From Octopus vulgaris (taxonomy: Eukaryota): a DNA stretch of 64,000 bases. The stretch covers positions 76,880,001-76,944,000 of the forward strand of contig OX597828.1 of NCBI GenBank assembly GCA_951406725.2, in the 5' to 3' direction. Below are positions 12,549 to 27,423 of the stretch, one piece after another; position 1 is the stretch's first letter, and every line of letters starts with the position of its first letter. Position numbers and translations under genes: made by a program. Below the pieces are notes generated by a model. The model searched no databases. It saw only the letters and a program-made list of their open reading frames with translations, and was not told where the DNA came from.

Positions 12549-14309
12549 ATGTTTCAAGTTGTTTGTGATGGAGACTTCCAGAAGAAAATACCGAACTGCA
12601 TCCAAAACAAACTGTTCCGGGAATTCCTGCAACCAAGTTTCTGATGACAGATGTAAAAATGATTTATTGAGGCCTACATCAATTCATAGAATTTCAAATG
12701 CGATGTGCAAATGAGAAAATTGTGAATGAAGTGGTCAAGATGAATATACAATCAATATTTAATAAGGTTTATGAAATAAGTAAATTTCAATAAACCCTAA
12801 TGGCTAAATTAAATATTTATTTGAAGCATGTAATTCTGTCGGTAAATTTTACGATGTGAATTTTTATATAACAATGGATGTTAACAAGTTGTATTCTTAG
12901 ATCTTTCACGAGATTCATAACGTGTTCACCTGCAACATAAAAGTTTAGATATCGTACATCGACTGTGCATAATTAATTCAGGTGTAGCATTAGAGTAATG
13001 TATTGCAGTTCTTATTCTTCTTTATACTGGTCGGCAAAGCGATAACAGCGTCGGCAAGTGAGCAACCGAAGCGCGTGCGAGAAAGTGCCGGTAAGCAAGC
13101 TACTTACCACACAGCCACTCCTTTGCCAATAAATACTGCGCCTATAGTCACTCCTGCACCTATTATAATATTATTACAAATATTAAATTTTCTTTGTGAT
13201 GCGAAAATAAGTTCCAGAGTCAGCAGATTTTTTTTTCAGTATTTACTTATTTGTTTTATTTTTAAAAAAAAGATAAAACGATTAGAGTTTAAGAATTTGC
13301 TGTTCCTTTCTATTGTTTTTTTTACACGAGTGTTTACAAATATAAGGAAATGGTAATATCTTATTTGTATAAAGACATTAAGTTTGCATTTCAAATGCAT
13401 AAATCAATTTTGCATGCCTTTCTAATTACATTTCCATTTTTAATAGAAGGAATCAACAGCATTTTATATTCTCAGAATGTGAAACAGTGCAAGAAATGCT
13501 TCCAATATTACGTAGGCATCACTTTTACTCTTAAGAAAACATGCATTTATTAAAAGACAGTCGTATTCTCTATTCTTTATCATTAATATAGAAATGAAAT
13601 TAAGAAGCCTTGGTTTGAGATTATATAGTCTTTGCCTTTCCTTGCTTTTATGGTACAAACTGCTTTTATAACATTTCATATTGCAAAAGTAGGGATGTAT
13701 ACAAACATTTCAATGGATACATATTCATTTATGAACGTATATATATATAATCAAATTAAGCAACAAGGATATCCAAGGTAGAGTAGTACAATTGTTTCAT
13801 GCTACTTCCTTTTATTAAACACTGTAAGTATTACATCAGTTTTAAAATGTCGAGCAATCTTCAATCACATATAGAATTTTCCAATGAAACGGACAATGCA
13901 CATTCTTATCCTTATTTCATTTCCAACATTACAAAGAGGGTATATGGATAATACCATACAAGTTCCTTTGAGTATATATATATATATATATATATAGTCA
14001 AAGGAACTTAAGCGAGATCGTGAGCCGGCGTAAGCAGGTTTCCGTTTGTAAGTGTGGGCGATTGCCTCTGTGGCTAAACTGGAATGTTGATGGCACAGGG
14101 AGGCATCGGGCTGATGGGGCGTGCGTACGTGTTTCCTAGGGTGCAGGAGCATATGGGTATGAGTGCTTGTCAGCTCTGAGTTTCTTTTTTCAATGAATAT
14201 CAACGGTGTATAACAATCACATGTGCTTTGGATGTGAGCACACCAGTGCGGAGGAATGCATGTGATTGAAATGCATGTATAGGTGTGTGTGTGTATGTGT
14301 GTGTGTATG

Positions 14310-14394
<85 letters not shown>

Positions 14395-14551
14395 GAAACT
14401 TGGTTTGTGAAAGCACGTGGTTGAATATATAGAAGATAGTAAAAAGTGAAAAAACTACAGAAGGCTTGTTTTAAAAGGTTAAAGAATATATATTTTTAAG
14501 TCAATATGTCTGAAGAATATTATAAATTTTTTTCTTACAATGACAGTTTAG

Positions 14552-14590
14552 AAGAAAGACCGGTTTCGCGTTTAGCTTTTCAAATTTCTT
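14552..14590 (-). ncRNA. Hammerhead variant with UUGAAAA (U3-A8) core
   Basis: Minus strand AAGAAAT-TTGAAAA-GC TAAAC GC-GAAA-CCGG-TC-TTTCTT. Confidence 0.62.
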
Positions 14591-14659
14591 ACGTCGTTAT
14601 GTTTATGTTGAGAAGAGTTATCGTTATGTTTATGTTGAAAAGAGTTCTAAATAAGACTA

Positions 14660-14850
14660 ACACTCAGACATAGATGCACATTGCATCGACAACAGATTAC
14701 ATTCCCAGAATTCAGAATGATACCTTTTAGTGAGCACATTGAGAAATGCGCAAAGCAACTACTACCACAATTTTTAATCTTTCCATTTTACCAATGTGCT
14801 ATCGGATCATCAACACAAACTAGACTAAACAAGGACGCAGTTAATAATAT
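14660..14850 (+). mobile_element. PLE GIY-YIG 3' fragment
   Basis: LHRQQITFPEFRMIPFSEHIEKCAKQ..FLIFPFYQ is homologous to LHRSQIKIPQNRKIAFSQHIDTCANK..FRIFPLYQ of ORF 59863..62016. Confidence 0.85.
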
Positions 14851-15039
14851 TCTTCATGAAAGATGGAGGGATGAAAGATATTCATATAAGAGTGATATAA
14901 ATGTGAATTCCCGGAATAAATTCTTATTTTATTTCTGTCGGAAAATAAAACGTTTATGATTTATTTGGTATTATCAAATACATTTGCATATACATATACA
15001 TACATATATAAAAGCATCCACACACGCGTACACACATAC

Positions 15040-15103
<64 letters not shown>

Positions 15104-15293
15104 ATATATATATATGTATATATATGTATATATATAATACAAATATATATATATATATATGGTGGGTACTTGCTTGTTTCCTGTGTCTCTATGTTTGCCT
15201 GGTTACAGTGCATTTGGTTTGCAGATAGCAGTGGCATATGTCAATAAGTATATAATTGTATATATTTATGTGGATGTACGCATATATACATAC

Positions 15294-15339
<46 letters not shown>

Positions 15340-15416
15340 TACAATGTATGAGCTTATCTGAATAAATATGCTAATTTAAGGTTTATCAAACTGAATGCAT
15401 GCTTACGTAAGCACAA

Positions 15417-15472
<56 letters not shown>

Positions 15473-15877
15473 GTATATGCGTATTTGCATAATATATAAA
15501 TACACAGCGCACTCTCACACAGACTAAGACACAGAAGCTCGGACGCACCTAAGCACACGAGTTTGTGTGTACGTGTGCGTGCGTGCAAGGGAACCTGTAC
15601 GCACGCATGCGCAAGATCGTCCGGGTACATGCTGCACGTTGACATTAATGCATGCAGCACTTATCTATTTATCTACCCCGGCTGCACCAGTTGCACATGC
15701 AATATATATGGAAAGTGGATTCTGCAACGATGTGCCAGTGACAATCTGATAATGGAGCCTGTGTTTCAGGGCGATGTATCGGAAAGAAGGAGAAAGGAAG
15801 ACATTTCATTTCAATTTCAACTTATGATTTACCTCTCTCTTTACACCGCCTAATATAGAACTGTGCATGTGTATATC

Positions 15878-15918
<41 letters not shown>

Positions 15919-16066
15919 TATATTATATTATATATATATATATATGTATGTAATTATGTATGTATAAGTTTATACACACACGTATATATATATTTATATA
16001 TACATTATATTATATTATATATATATGTATATAATTATGTATGTATAAGCTTATACACACACACAC

Positions 16067-16120
<54 letters not shown>

Positions 16121-16168
16121 ATACATATTATTATAAAGAATATATATATTTTACTGTATATGTGTGTG

Positions 16169-16231
<63 letters not shown>

Positions 16232-16558
16232 AACTTGCAAATCAAAAACGTTGTGGAGTGTCTTATCTTTGCAGGATTTCCTTTAATGGCGTACAGCCTT
16301 TTTTTGTTCTTTGTTTGTTTTAAATATTTTTATTCCTTTGTTACTTTCTCCTTTTTATTATAAGAAGGAAATTCTTAAGGACGAATATTCACTGATATCA
16401 ACTCTTCATGTGATAAATAGTTTCAATTGCTTGAAATTATCACTTGATGAACTCCATATCTCATTGCTGTTCCTTATATCTGTCTCACTAGCTCTATGTC
16501 ACATTCATGCATATATATGAATGCATACGAATATAGATACATACATACATATATATAC

Positions 16559-16600
<42 letters not shown>

Positions 16601-16984
16601 ATCTATATCTGTGTGTGGGCATGATTGTGTGTAATAATGAGAATTCTTGGATGGGATTTATAAACATTTAATGCATCGCTACGCGCGTTTTCACAAATTG
16701 TATGTCTCTTAAGATCACAGGCCTTATTCCCTGGGTGATTACAGTGTAGTCCATAGTATCCGTGGGCGTCGGGTAGATCCACTACATGTATTCATTTCTT
16801 CAGGCGATATAACATAAATGTATGTTTATCCCTTTTCCCCAGTGTGAAGGTTGACTGAGTTACACACACACATGTATGTGAGTATGTATGTATAAATATA
16901 TATGTATGTTTGTATGTATGTATACATATATATATATGTATGTATGTATTATGTATACATATATATATCTAAATAATTATGTAT

Positions 16985-17024
<40 letters not shown>

Positions 17025-17026
<2 letters not shown>

Positions 17027-17425
17027 TTTTATATTTTCTCTATTTGCTTCAGTTTGTGGACTGCGGCCATACTGGAGCCGAGCATTCAGATGTAAAATCG
17101 AACTAGTCCCTAGTGCAAAAATGTTTTATATTTGTTACTAATTTTGTAGTTCTGAGTTCCCAACCGTTAAGTTACGAGGACATAAACAAACACCTATCGG
17201 TCGCTACCATATGGTAGGTTTCAAGTACAAATCTATTGAACACACGCATAAACACATCCATCATAATCTCGCACCCAAATATACAGAGAACGAGCTTCAA
17301 ATCAGTCTCCGTCTATAGATTCCCTATCAATGCATTCATCAGCCCAGGTTTGTAGAAGACACATCTAAAAGGCGCCGCAAGTGGAACTGAACTCGAAACA
17401 TCGTGGTTTGAATGCGAGCTTACAC
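17025..17425 (-). mobile_element. Degenerate SINE family B
   Basis: Diverged matches to tail (GACTGCGGCCAT.CTGGAGC) and head (GTAGAAGACAC..GTGGAACTGAAC). Confidence 0.6.
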
Positions 17426-18764
17426 ACATATAATAAAAATATAATATCTTATTTGTATATTTGGTGAAATAAATAATTCAGACAAGTTTCTGGTCTTTTT
17501 AGCTGTTTATCAGAGAAAGAATGACATAGTTTCTCGCCAGGCCGGCATTGTAAGTTTATCATTTAATGTACATTGTACGTTTAAATGTAGGCATATGCGT
17601 GTAGTTTGTGAATTCTCTTATTCTTTCTTTTCATTCTTTTTCTTTCTTTCTTTCTTTCAGCCCCTTCACACTTCGTTCTTTCCACTCTTCTTTCTTTCGC
17701 TGCCCTTTTCTCACATTTCCTAGCCTTCCTTTCATTCTCACCTTCCCCTCTTTCACTCTGTCCCTTTTCTTTTTTCTCGAGCCTCCCTAATTCTTCTATC
17801 GCTCTGCCTCTACCCCTCTACCTTCCACGTGACTAGCGTTCGGCTAAGCCTGACCTTTCTTTCATGGTTCCACTACCATCCGTGAAAAATATATATTCCT
17901 TCCCATGCCTGGCATCTGTTATGTCCCTGCAGTAAGGCTTCACTTCCAGACACGCCAGCTTAATTTGATTCGTCCTTAATCGACAGACACCTGTTGTTAA
18001 TGTCCTGTTGTCTGCATTTGTATTTGTGTACCATTTCTCCGTTTTTTTCCGTCCTTGTTTTTTTCCTCTCTAGTTTCAGCTCAGAGCTGCGGTCAAGTTG
18101 ATGCACCACCGTTTTCGTAAACATTCGCTGCTTTCTTCCAGGGAAGCTAGTGCTCTGAGCTTAGATTTTCCTTGAGGCTGGCCAGATTGGAGCAGCTTCG
18201 TGTATAAACAGCCGAAAGTGCAAAGATAATCTGGAACTCGACTGATGACAGAAAAGTCCGAAAGACCCGTCCTTGTTTTTTCTTGTCCCTTTTTGTATCA
18301 TCGAACTGTCTGGATGTTTCGTTGTCAGCTGTTGCGTTGTTGTCCCATATTTTGTATTCTTTTTTTATAAAACATGTAGCGGAGTACGTACACTTTGGTC
18401 TCTTACATGTAAGTACATGGGTAGGTGAGTGTGTGCTGTGAGCTGGCAGAACTGTTACCAAGCTGGACAAATTGCTTAACCGTATTTCTACTGAGTCATT
18501 GAGTCGGAAGTTCAGATTGCACCGGGATCAACTTTACACTTCATCCTTCCATGGTCCATGAAAGTGCTAGGATCGATAGCAGCAACTAATCCTTCGCCTT
18601 CTGCTAAAATTAGAAAGAATTAGAATCATTATTAAGAGGGAGGTGTTGAAATGCGACTCAAGTGGAGGGGAATTCGTGGCACTCATCAAACTTTCAGGAG
18701 TGTTATGCATCAAACACTCAGTCCTTGACTCACATTACAACTTGTAATGACTAAATACAACAAG

Positions 18765-18951
<187 letters not shown>

Positions 18952-20399
18952 TATATATAAACCTTTTGTGCGTGTTAAGTTTCGATGTACATTTACTTGT
19001 ATGTCCAAGATGTTCGTACACGTGTGTGTGTGCGTGCGAGCCTGTGAATATGGGTAGGTATGTTTATACACTCACAATGCCTGTGGAATTAAAGCAATGA
19101 CAATTAACATTCTTTTCCCAGATTACAGAAATAAATTACAAAAGCTCGCCTTTCAAATCTGCCATCATGCTTAAGGACGAAATTCAATAAATGAATGCAT
19201 ACATAAATACATACATACATACATACATACATACATACATACATACATACATAGATGCATACATACATAAATACATACATAACCACGCGCAACTCACACA
19301 TAATATAAGAACACAACTATATACATATATACTTAGATATGTACACACATGTACACACACAGCAAAACTAATGTAAGGTGTTTATGTGTGTTCAAGCTAA
19401 TTCCTTTCGGAATTTTCCTTCCTCCCTAAGACACTATTCTCATTAATAAAACACTTGCTAATTACTCCAATGACATCATCCCTTACGGCTCTCTGTTTCT
19501 CCTCGCTTTTCTTGGCATTTATTTAGTTTATTTTGTTCTTTGGTATATTATCTTTTCACTCGTTTTTTTTCCATTAGTTTTGTTCCTTTTTAATTTGTTA
19601 TTTCTTATCGCCCATCACTATTTGTCCAAAGCTCTGTCACTCTGGCTCACTCACACAATCACTCACTCTCTCACTGACTGACACACTCACTCACTCTATG
19701 TGCGTATGTGCGCGCATATATATATAGATGCATGAATAAATAAATATATACTTGTAGGTAGAGAAGGAGACACAGGGACAAAGATAGATATTTATTTGGA
19801 TGTACGTATATATATGCACATGCAAATGTGTGTATATGTACATACATACATACATACATATATACACTTGAATCAGTAGCCTTGTTTTTATTCTTACATT
19901 TGCTCATACACTTACAGGCAGACAAACCTACATAGGACAAAATGCCTACGGACCAAGGATACAGAACCTCAAACTCACTGACATACACACAGACACACAC
20001 ACACACCAAACACATATATACAGAGTTACACAATTTCATATACGCAGATACGAACAGACAGGCAATCACAGTCACCTACATACACACAGATACAAACACC
20101 TACATACACACACACACACACATGCGCTCACACAGTCCTTGGTGAGCTTTGCTCCACCTAATCTCATCGCGTCGCTTTCTTTGCTCTTTGCGGTGTGACG
20201 TTAATAAAATACCGGATCGGGGATAAAGATTACAAGAGAATCTACAGGGAAAAAAAGAATAGAAAAATAGGAAAGCAACCTGGAAAAGGAAAAGGAAAAG
20301 GAAATACAAGGAACAGAGCGAAAACTTGAAAACCGTATTATATAAAAGGCCTGGAACCAGATTGCTTATTTGGTTTCAGGAAATTTCATGGTGCCGTTG

Positions 20400-20745
20400 G
20401 TGGCGGCGGAGTGGTGGTGGTAGTGGCAGTGGTGCTGGTGGTGTTGTTGGTGGTGATGCTAATGGCGGTTGTCCGGATGGTAATGATGGTGGTAGTTATT
20501 GTCGTGATGGTGGTGATGGTAGTGGTGGTCGTGGCGGCGGTGGTGGTGGTTGCGGTGGTGATGCTGCTGGAGATGACGTTGGTGGTGATAATGGTGAGTG
20601 TGGTAGTGATGGTGGTGGGGATGATGGTGGTGGTGGTGGTGGTGGTGATGGTGGTAGTGGTGATGGTGGTTGTGGTATTGATGGTGGGTGTGATGATGGC
20701 GGTGGCGGGGTTGTAGCGGTGGTGGTAGTAGTGGTGGTGGTGGTT
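20400..20745. repeat. Degenerate (GGT)n low-complexity tract
   Basis: Seen directly; a complementary-type (CAC/CAG/CAT)n tract lies at ~21090-21340. Confidence 0.9.
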
Positions 20746-21583
20746 GTCCAGAAGTTGGCTTTTTGGTACCGATCTTTCTACTGGTAAGTTTGATAGTTGT
20801 ACTCTTGTATTGTTACCTTTGTAATAATAGTTTTTGTTGGGGGGGGGGGGGTCTAGTCTAAATATTGGTTTTTCTTTCGGGTATCTTTGCCCTATATATA
20901 TATATATATATATATAAATATATATATATGTATGTATGTATGTATGTATTTTCTTTGTTTTTTGTTTCATTTTCCTTCCGTTTCCACAAATGCAAATATC
21001 TGTCTTAAGCATTCTACCCTTTGGGTATATTTGACAGGTAATCTACCGAATGGTCAATCAAGCCACCCAACAATGAATCACAAACACTTCCACACCAACA
21101 ACAACAACATCATCGTCGTCGTTGTCGTCACTATCCTACTTATCATTATAACCAACGTCATCACCACCATCAGCAGTATCGTCGTCGTCATCATCATTTT
21201 CATCATCAGCAGCAGCAGCAGTAGCAGCAGCAGCAACAACAGCAGTAGCAGCCGCAGCAGTAGCAGCAGCAGCATCACCACCACCACCACCAGCAAAAAC
21301 ATCCCCACCTCTACCCCAACCACCTAACACCACCATTAACAAAAGCTATTCATTTATCCAACTACATAACCTCAAAACGCGCATAGTTGTTTGCTAACGT
21401 TTCATCTTCCTCCCTCTCTCACTCTCTCTCTCTCTCTCTCAATCTCATCGTATGTGTGTGAGTGTATGTATACATGTATACGCACAAGTATATACCTATA
21501 TACATACGCGCTTGTGTATGTTGTGTGTATGCCTGTTTATGCGTGTAATGCATATAAATAACAGACAATAATTCGTTACATCT

Positions 21584-21621
<38 letters not shown>

Positions 21622-21626
<5 letters not shown>

Positions 21627-22046
21627 TAAAACTTAGATATGTTTCGACCAAAGATTGGTCCACGCCATGTCTAACTTAATAGCACCACCTGATAGGATTA
21701 TCTGAATCCTGTTTAAGTCAAGTTTTGTTTATGGTCCATTCAAGTAGTGAGTTTTTGTTGGGTGAGTTGTATCCAATTATGGGTGGCTTATCTGGTATTC
21801 CTTGAAGGAATCTATCCAGACCCCGTTTAAAGTTGATGGGATCCTTTTCCTCTTTGATCTCTTTCGGGACAATGTTAAATAGGACATGTTGAAGAAAAGA
21901 AATTGTGTTACAGTGTACATGTACGCTGTGATCTTGAATTGGGCAGGGGACGTATGGCCCGTGGTCCCAGTCTTGGATGAACCTGGAAGCTTATGTTCAT
22001 GTCATTTGGGCAAAGTTGGCGGTATATTCTCCACATCGTACAAATG
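21622..22046 (-). mobile_element. CR1-like LINE 3' fragment (second family)
   Basis: Minus strand translates LFNIVPKEIKEEKDPINFKRGLDRFLQGIPDKP, homologous to LFNILP..FKMELDLFLSGVPDEP of ORF 63225..63923; 3' end GGTGGTGC..CATGGC-hairpin-GAAAC. Confidence 0.8.
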
Positions 22047-22250
22047 GTCGAATTTGTAATTTTTAATTATTTGTAATTTTTAATTATACTGCAGTAAATC
22101 TTTTATGCAGTACTTGTTTCCGGAAGTATTATCGCACTTTTAGCGAGGGAATTTGAAATCATAACTGCTAGTACAATCGACTAAACCACACGTGTGTTTG
22201 ACGTTATGTTAAAATTTAGCGTACGATTTAATAAATTGTATTTTAGACAA

Positions 22251-22325
22251 ATTCTGCTGATGACCTATAGATGTTGAGTAAGTAAAATTGCATATTACAT
22301 TAATAGCGAAACAATTGTCCAGAGT
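22251..22325 (+). ncRNA. Type I hammerhead ribozyme
   Basis: ATTCTG-CTGATGA-CCTAT..ATAGC-GAAA-CAATTG-TC-CAGAGT; palindromic stem III, GUC site; C-C mismatch at the base of stem II. Confidence 0.78.
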
Positions 22326-22850
22326 TAATCTATATTTTTGTTATTTTTCACTTGCCCTGTTCGTTTACGTTAAATGTTGTGTTAATTCTCCTTGGAAACA
22401 ATTTTTAGTGGCTAATACCACAGCGGATCTATTTTTAGCGCTAGAATCGACCACATAGTGGTCACTTTCTTATATTTATGTATAAATGTTTTTATTGTAT
22501 CCCTGTTTTTTTATGCGCTAAGCCACTTGGTGTTAAATTGATGGTATTATTAAATTAATATCTAATTTTTCACCCTTATTTGTAATATATATATATAAAA
22601 TTACACTGTGAGATATGTAGATATGTGTATGTATGTATATTCTAGTATATTGATTTGACTAACTGTAACCTTATGTGTATGTATATACTTATATATATGT
22701 ATATGCAGGTGTATATGCACTTACATGTATATGTATACATGTATATATACTTATTCCTGTATATGTGTACCTTCTCTAATATTCATATTTGCACTTTAAA
22801 TCTTCATTTTATACCTCTATAATTTTATACCTCTATAATTGTACTTTATA

Positions 22851-22976
22851 ATCTCTGACGAGGCCTTGAGACATATATATAAGTAACTCATTTATAACCG
22901 CATATTACCTTAATACATCTGACTAATATGAGCATAATGACTTACTCTTATCTACAGGCTGAAACAGCTGTAAGAT
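22851..22976 (+). ncRNA. Type I hammerhead ribozyme with long stem II insertion
   Basis: ATCT-CTGACGA-GGCCT..(~90 nt)..AGGCT-GAAA-CAGCTG-TA-AGAT. Confidence 0.75.
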
Positions 22977-23157
22977 CCATTTTATATTTATATGTATTGT
23001 TCTTATGGTATTATCTTACTCATTGATGTGTACTGTTTTATTCTGTATTATTCTGTTTGATCTGGATGTTCCTGAATAATTAGTTAATAAATTATATGAA
23101 TTGGTATTATCTAGTAGTTGATGATTGGTAGAAATCTATTCCTCCCTTTTCTTATTT

Positions 23158-23203
<46 letters not shown>

Positions 23204-23619
23204 TATATGTATGTATGTATGCATGTATGTATGCATGTATGTATGTATGTATGTATGTATGTATGTATGTATGTATGTATGTATGTATGTATGTATGTAT
23301 GTATGTATAATGAAGTAAGCGAACCGAAGTGCACCTAGGATGGCGGATATCATCGGTCTTCAACTTTCGTTTTTGAATTATTCTGCTCACTGAATGTATA
23401 ATAAGCAGACGATAACGCCACTCCAAAGGAACCGATTTATGTCGGGCATTTTAGTGAAGTAGCTAAGAAGCTGTTATCCTGTCTCCAATATGAAGACAGG
23501 TTATCCAAATTCTTAAGGAGAATACTTCATACTTGAGAACTTTTCCATGAAACCATTCGTAACAATGCTAATCCGCAAATAAATTATATATATATATATA
23601 TGTATGTATGTATGTATGT

Positions 23620-23755
23620 AGCTAGCTTACCAATCACATGGTTCCGGGTACAATCCCACTGCCTGGCACTTTGGGTAAGTGTCTTCTACTATAGCCTCGA
23701 ACCGACCATATCTTTGTGCGTGGATTTGGTAGACGGAAACTAAAAGAAGTTCATC

Positions 23756-23797
<42 letters not shown>

Positions 23798-24005
23798 ATG
23801 TGTGTGTATGTGTGTGTGTTTGTGTCTGTGTGTGTCTGTGTGTCTGCGTTTGTCTCCCACCATCGCTTCACCACCGATGTTGGTGTGTTAACGTCCTTGA
23901 AACCTAGCAGTTCGACAAAAGGGATTAAGTCCTGCCTTCGATCTGTTCGACTTTAGGCCGTCCTCCAGCATGGCAGCAGTCAAATGACTGAAACAATAAA
24001 AGAAT
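23620..24005 (+). mobile_element. SINE family B; an extra tail fragment at 24312-24390
   Basis: GGTTCCGGGT.CA.TCCCACTGC..GGCACTTTGGG.AAGTGTCTTCT head and CCAGCATGGC.GCAGTCAAATGACTGAAAC tail. Confidence 0.82.
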
Positions 24006-24046
24006 ATACATATACATATATATATATATGTATATGTATATATATC

Positions 24047-24238
<192 letters not shown>

Positions 24239-25716
24239 AGAGAGAGAGAGAGAGAGAGACATGCATGCATACGTATATACATGCACACACGCATACACAT
24301 GCATGCATAGATAGGGTCAATTTGTTCGAATGAAGGTGGTGCTCCAGCATGGCCGCAGTCAAATGACTGAAACAAATAAAAGAACAAAAGAATACAATCA
24401 GATAACTGAGAAATTCTTCGCTGATACGTTTCGGGAGATAATGACTCCTTAATTAGAGAAAATAACTTTAAACTGGGGATAATTGTATAAGTCCTATCCT
24501 GATACGCCCTTCTTAATGCAAGGATGCATATTACAGCTCCCTGGGGAACAACAATGGCAGACCTTCGCTGATGAAGGAACAATCGGATCCACTGAAAAGA
24601 TCTTTAATTGATTTCTAGTTTGTTTTCCTATAGAAATCTTTCCTGTATTCGTTGTTTATATTTAAGCGTGAGGCTACAATTTTTATCTGTACACAATACT
24701 AGAAATAATGCAATAGGTATAAATAGACTGTCATATAAGTTATATGTTAAAGTTGCAACAGAAATAAATTAGAAGTGAAGTAAGATCAGAAAAATACCTA
24801 GGAATAGAGATTAGTGTAATCAGGTGTCACGAGGAAATAAATTTGTCTACAAATCTGTAAACTAACTACACTGAAGTAAAAATGAAATAGGAAAGAGCAG
24901 TAGAGAAATAGCTTGAAAAAAGTCAGAAGACAAATCAAACGAAATTTCAAGGAAAGCTACTGGTTGGTTAATTATGTGCGAGGCTGGAGCGCGAAGTATT
25001 TCTTGGTTTCGAAAAAAGGCAGAACAACATCCGATGTTTGTTGTAGAGAGAGAGCTATTGACACCCCTGGCGGTCTGGAAGAATGGAATAGCCGAACTCT
25101 TATAAAGAGTAATGGTCGGTAGTAGTATGAACAAATTATAAATTAACAACAAATATATGTCTCTTATACTCAACAATTACCACGACACGAACCTCGTGTT
25201 TCTCGAATCCTCTGTACATCAGCTGAGTAGATTTCCGAATCTTTTATAAATATCTAACAGAACAATTTATCCCATCTTTCTTCAGTATCAAGAATTATTG
25301 ATCTCTACCCCGCCTCTTAGCAATGTGAATGAGTTATATTGGAATTTATAGTAAATATTTATAATTGCGGAACCCCTTAGCAGACTGTTAATACGTTAGA
25401 TAATCATTTCTTCAAAATATTTGGCAGGATTAGGTGATTGAATTTGAAATTAAGGACTTACAAGAGTTCGGCGAGTCTATTATTCAAATCCGCCAGGGGC
25501 GTCTATGACTCTCGCCACAACAGTTGTAAAAGATCAACATCCGGATATATTACAAACACACGAGATGTTAAAACGAGAGTTTAATACTAAATGCAGGTTA
25601 GGGAACAGGGACAGGAATAGAATTCAACGTAATTATTTATCAAGTCTGAGTATATTCACAGTTTTAAATGAGCCAGTTGCTATGACAATTAAGCGATTTG
25701 CCGGCCGTTACCTATA

Positions 25717-25885
25717 GGCGTAGGAGAGGCTGTATGGTAAGTAGCTTGCTTACCAACCACATGGTTCCGGGTTCAGTCCCACTGCGAGGCACTTTGGGCA
25801 AGCGTCTTCTACTATAGCTTCGGGCTGACCAAAACCTTGTGAGTGGATTTGGTAGACGGAAACTGAAAGAAACCCGTCGTATATA
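25717..25885 (+). mobile_element. SINE family B head
   Basis: A-box-like GGC TGTATGGTAAG, B-box-like GGTTCAGTCCC, CORE-like GCACTTTGGGCAAG.GTCTT. Confidence 0.85.
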
Positions 25886-26199
25886 TGTATACGCGGTGCG
25901 TGGTTTTCTTGAGGAAAAAAATTATCTCACGTTGCTCTCCAATCACTTCGACATCCGACGCGTGGCGTAGCACACAGGTACACCTGTACAGGTAATGTCG
26001 GTTTGTTGGAAGGATTGAGATTAATGCAAAGCACAGACATTTGATCGCAACAGACAAATCATTTTGCGCAGGTCGTTCGGCCAGAAATTGCAGAAACCTC
26101 GTCTGTCGTTTACGACAGGTGAGTCCACCACGACCACGACCACCACCACATACATCTTGCTCGCTTCACCATTTTCACTAAACACATTCCATACCAGTA

Positions 26200-27030
<831 letters not shown>

Positions 27031-27053
27031 CATGAATGATCTCATAGATTACT

Positions 27054-27275
27054 TCATTCAGAGATTTTTTTAGGGGAGGTCGGGGAGGATGCCAGTGGAT
27101 TAAATTGATCACCATTGTACATGCCCTGGTAATCGTTTTCATCGATCTCGTCTCGAACGAATGAACGCTTAAGTCGACAGCGCTGGTGGGATTTGAAACG
27201 AGGCCACGGGTATGGAGGCGGTGGAGGATAACCATCAAATACTTGTAAATCATTCAGATCCGTTCGATTCATTGC
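27054..27275 (-). CDS. Candidate terminal coding exon of an unknown host gene
   Basis: Unique-sequence ORF (A)MNRTDLNDLQVFDGYPPPPPYPWPRFK..KKISE*, directly after a possible acceptor TTGCAGTCATAG; contains a PPxY motif. No homologue recognised. Confidence 0.3.
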   Translation of the reverse strand, partial: AMNRTDLNDLQVFDGYPPPPPYPWPRFKSHQRCRLKRSFVRDEIDENDYQGMYNGDQFNPLASSPTSPKKISE

Positions 27276-27375
27276 CTATGACTGCAAGTATTTTATCGAT
27301 ACCTGCTGTAATGTAAATCTCTCTTTCTTTCTCTCTCTCATTTTCCACCTCTCTCTCTCTCCATCTCTCTCTCTC

Positions 27376-27423
<48 letters not shown>

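Noticed and set aside
18236-18275. CTGATGA...GAAA motif
   Set aside because: Stems I and II do not pair convincingly; at best a decayed relic.
20326-20787. Gly-rich ORF with nearby TATA-like TATATAAAAGG
   Set aside because: Degenerate (GGT)n repeat; no support for a promoter or gene.
24417-24460. Hammerhead-like motif on the minus strand
   Set aside because: Stem II and GAAACGTA are present but the core reads CTAATTA and stem I does not pair.
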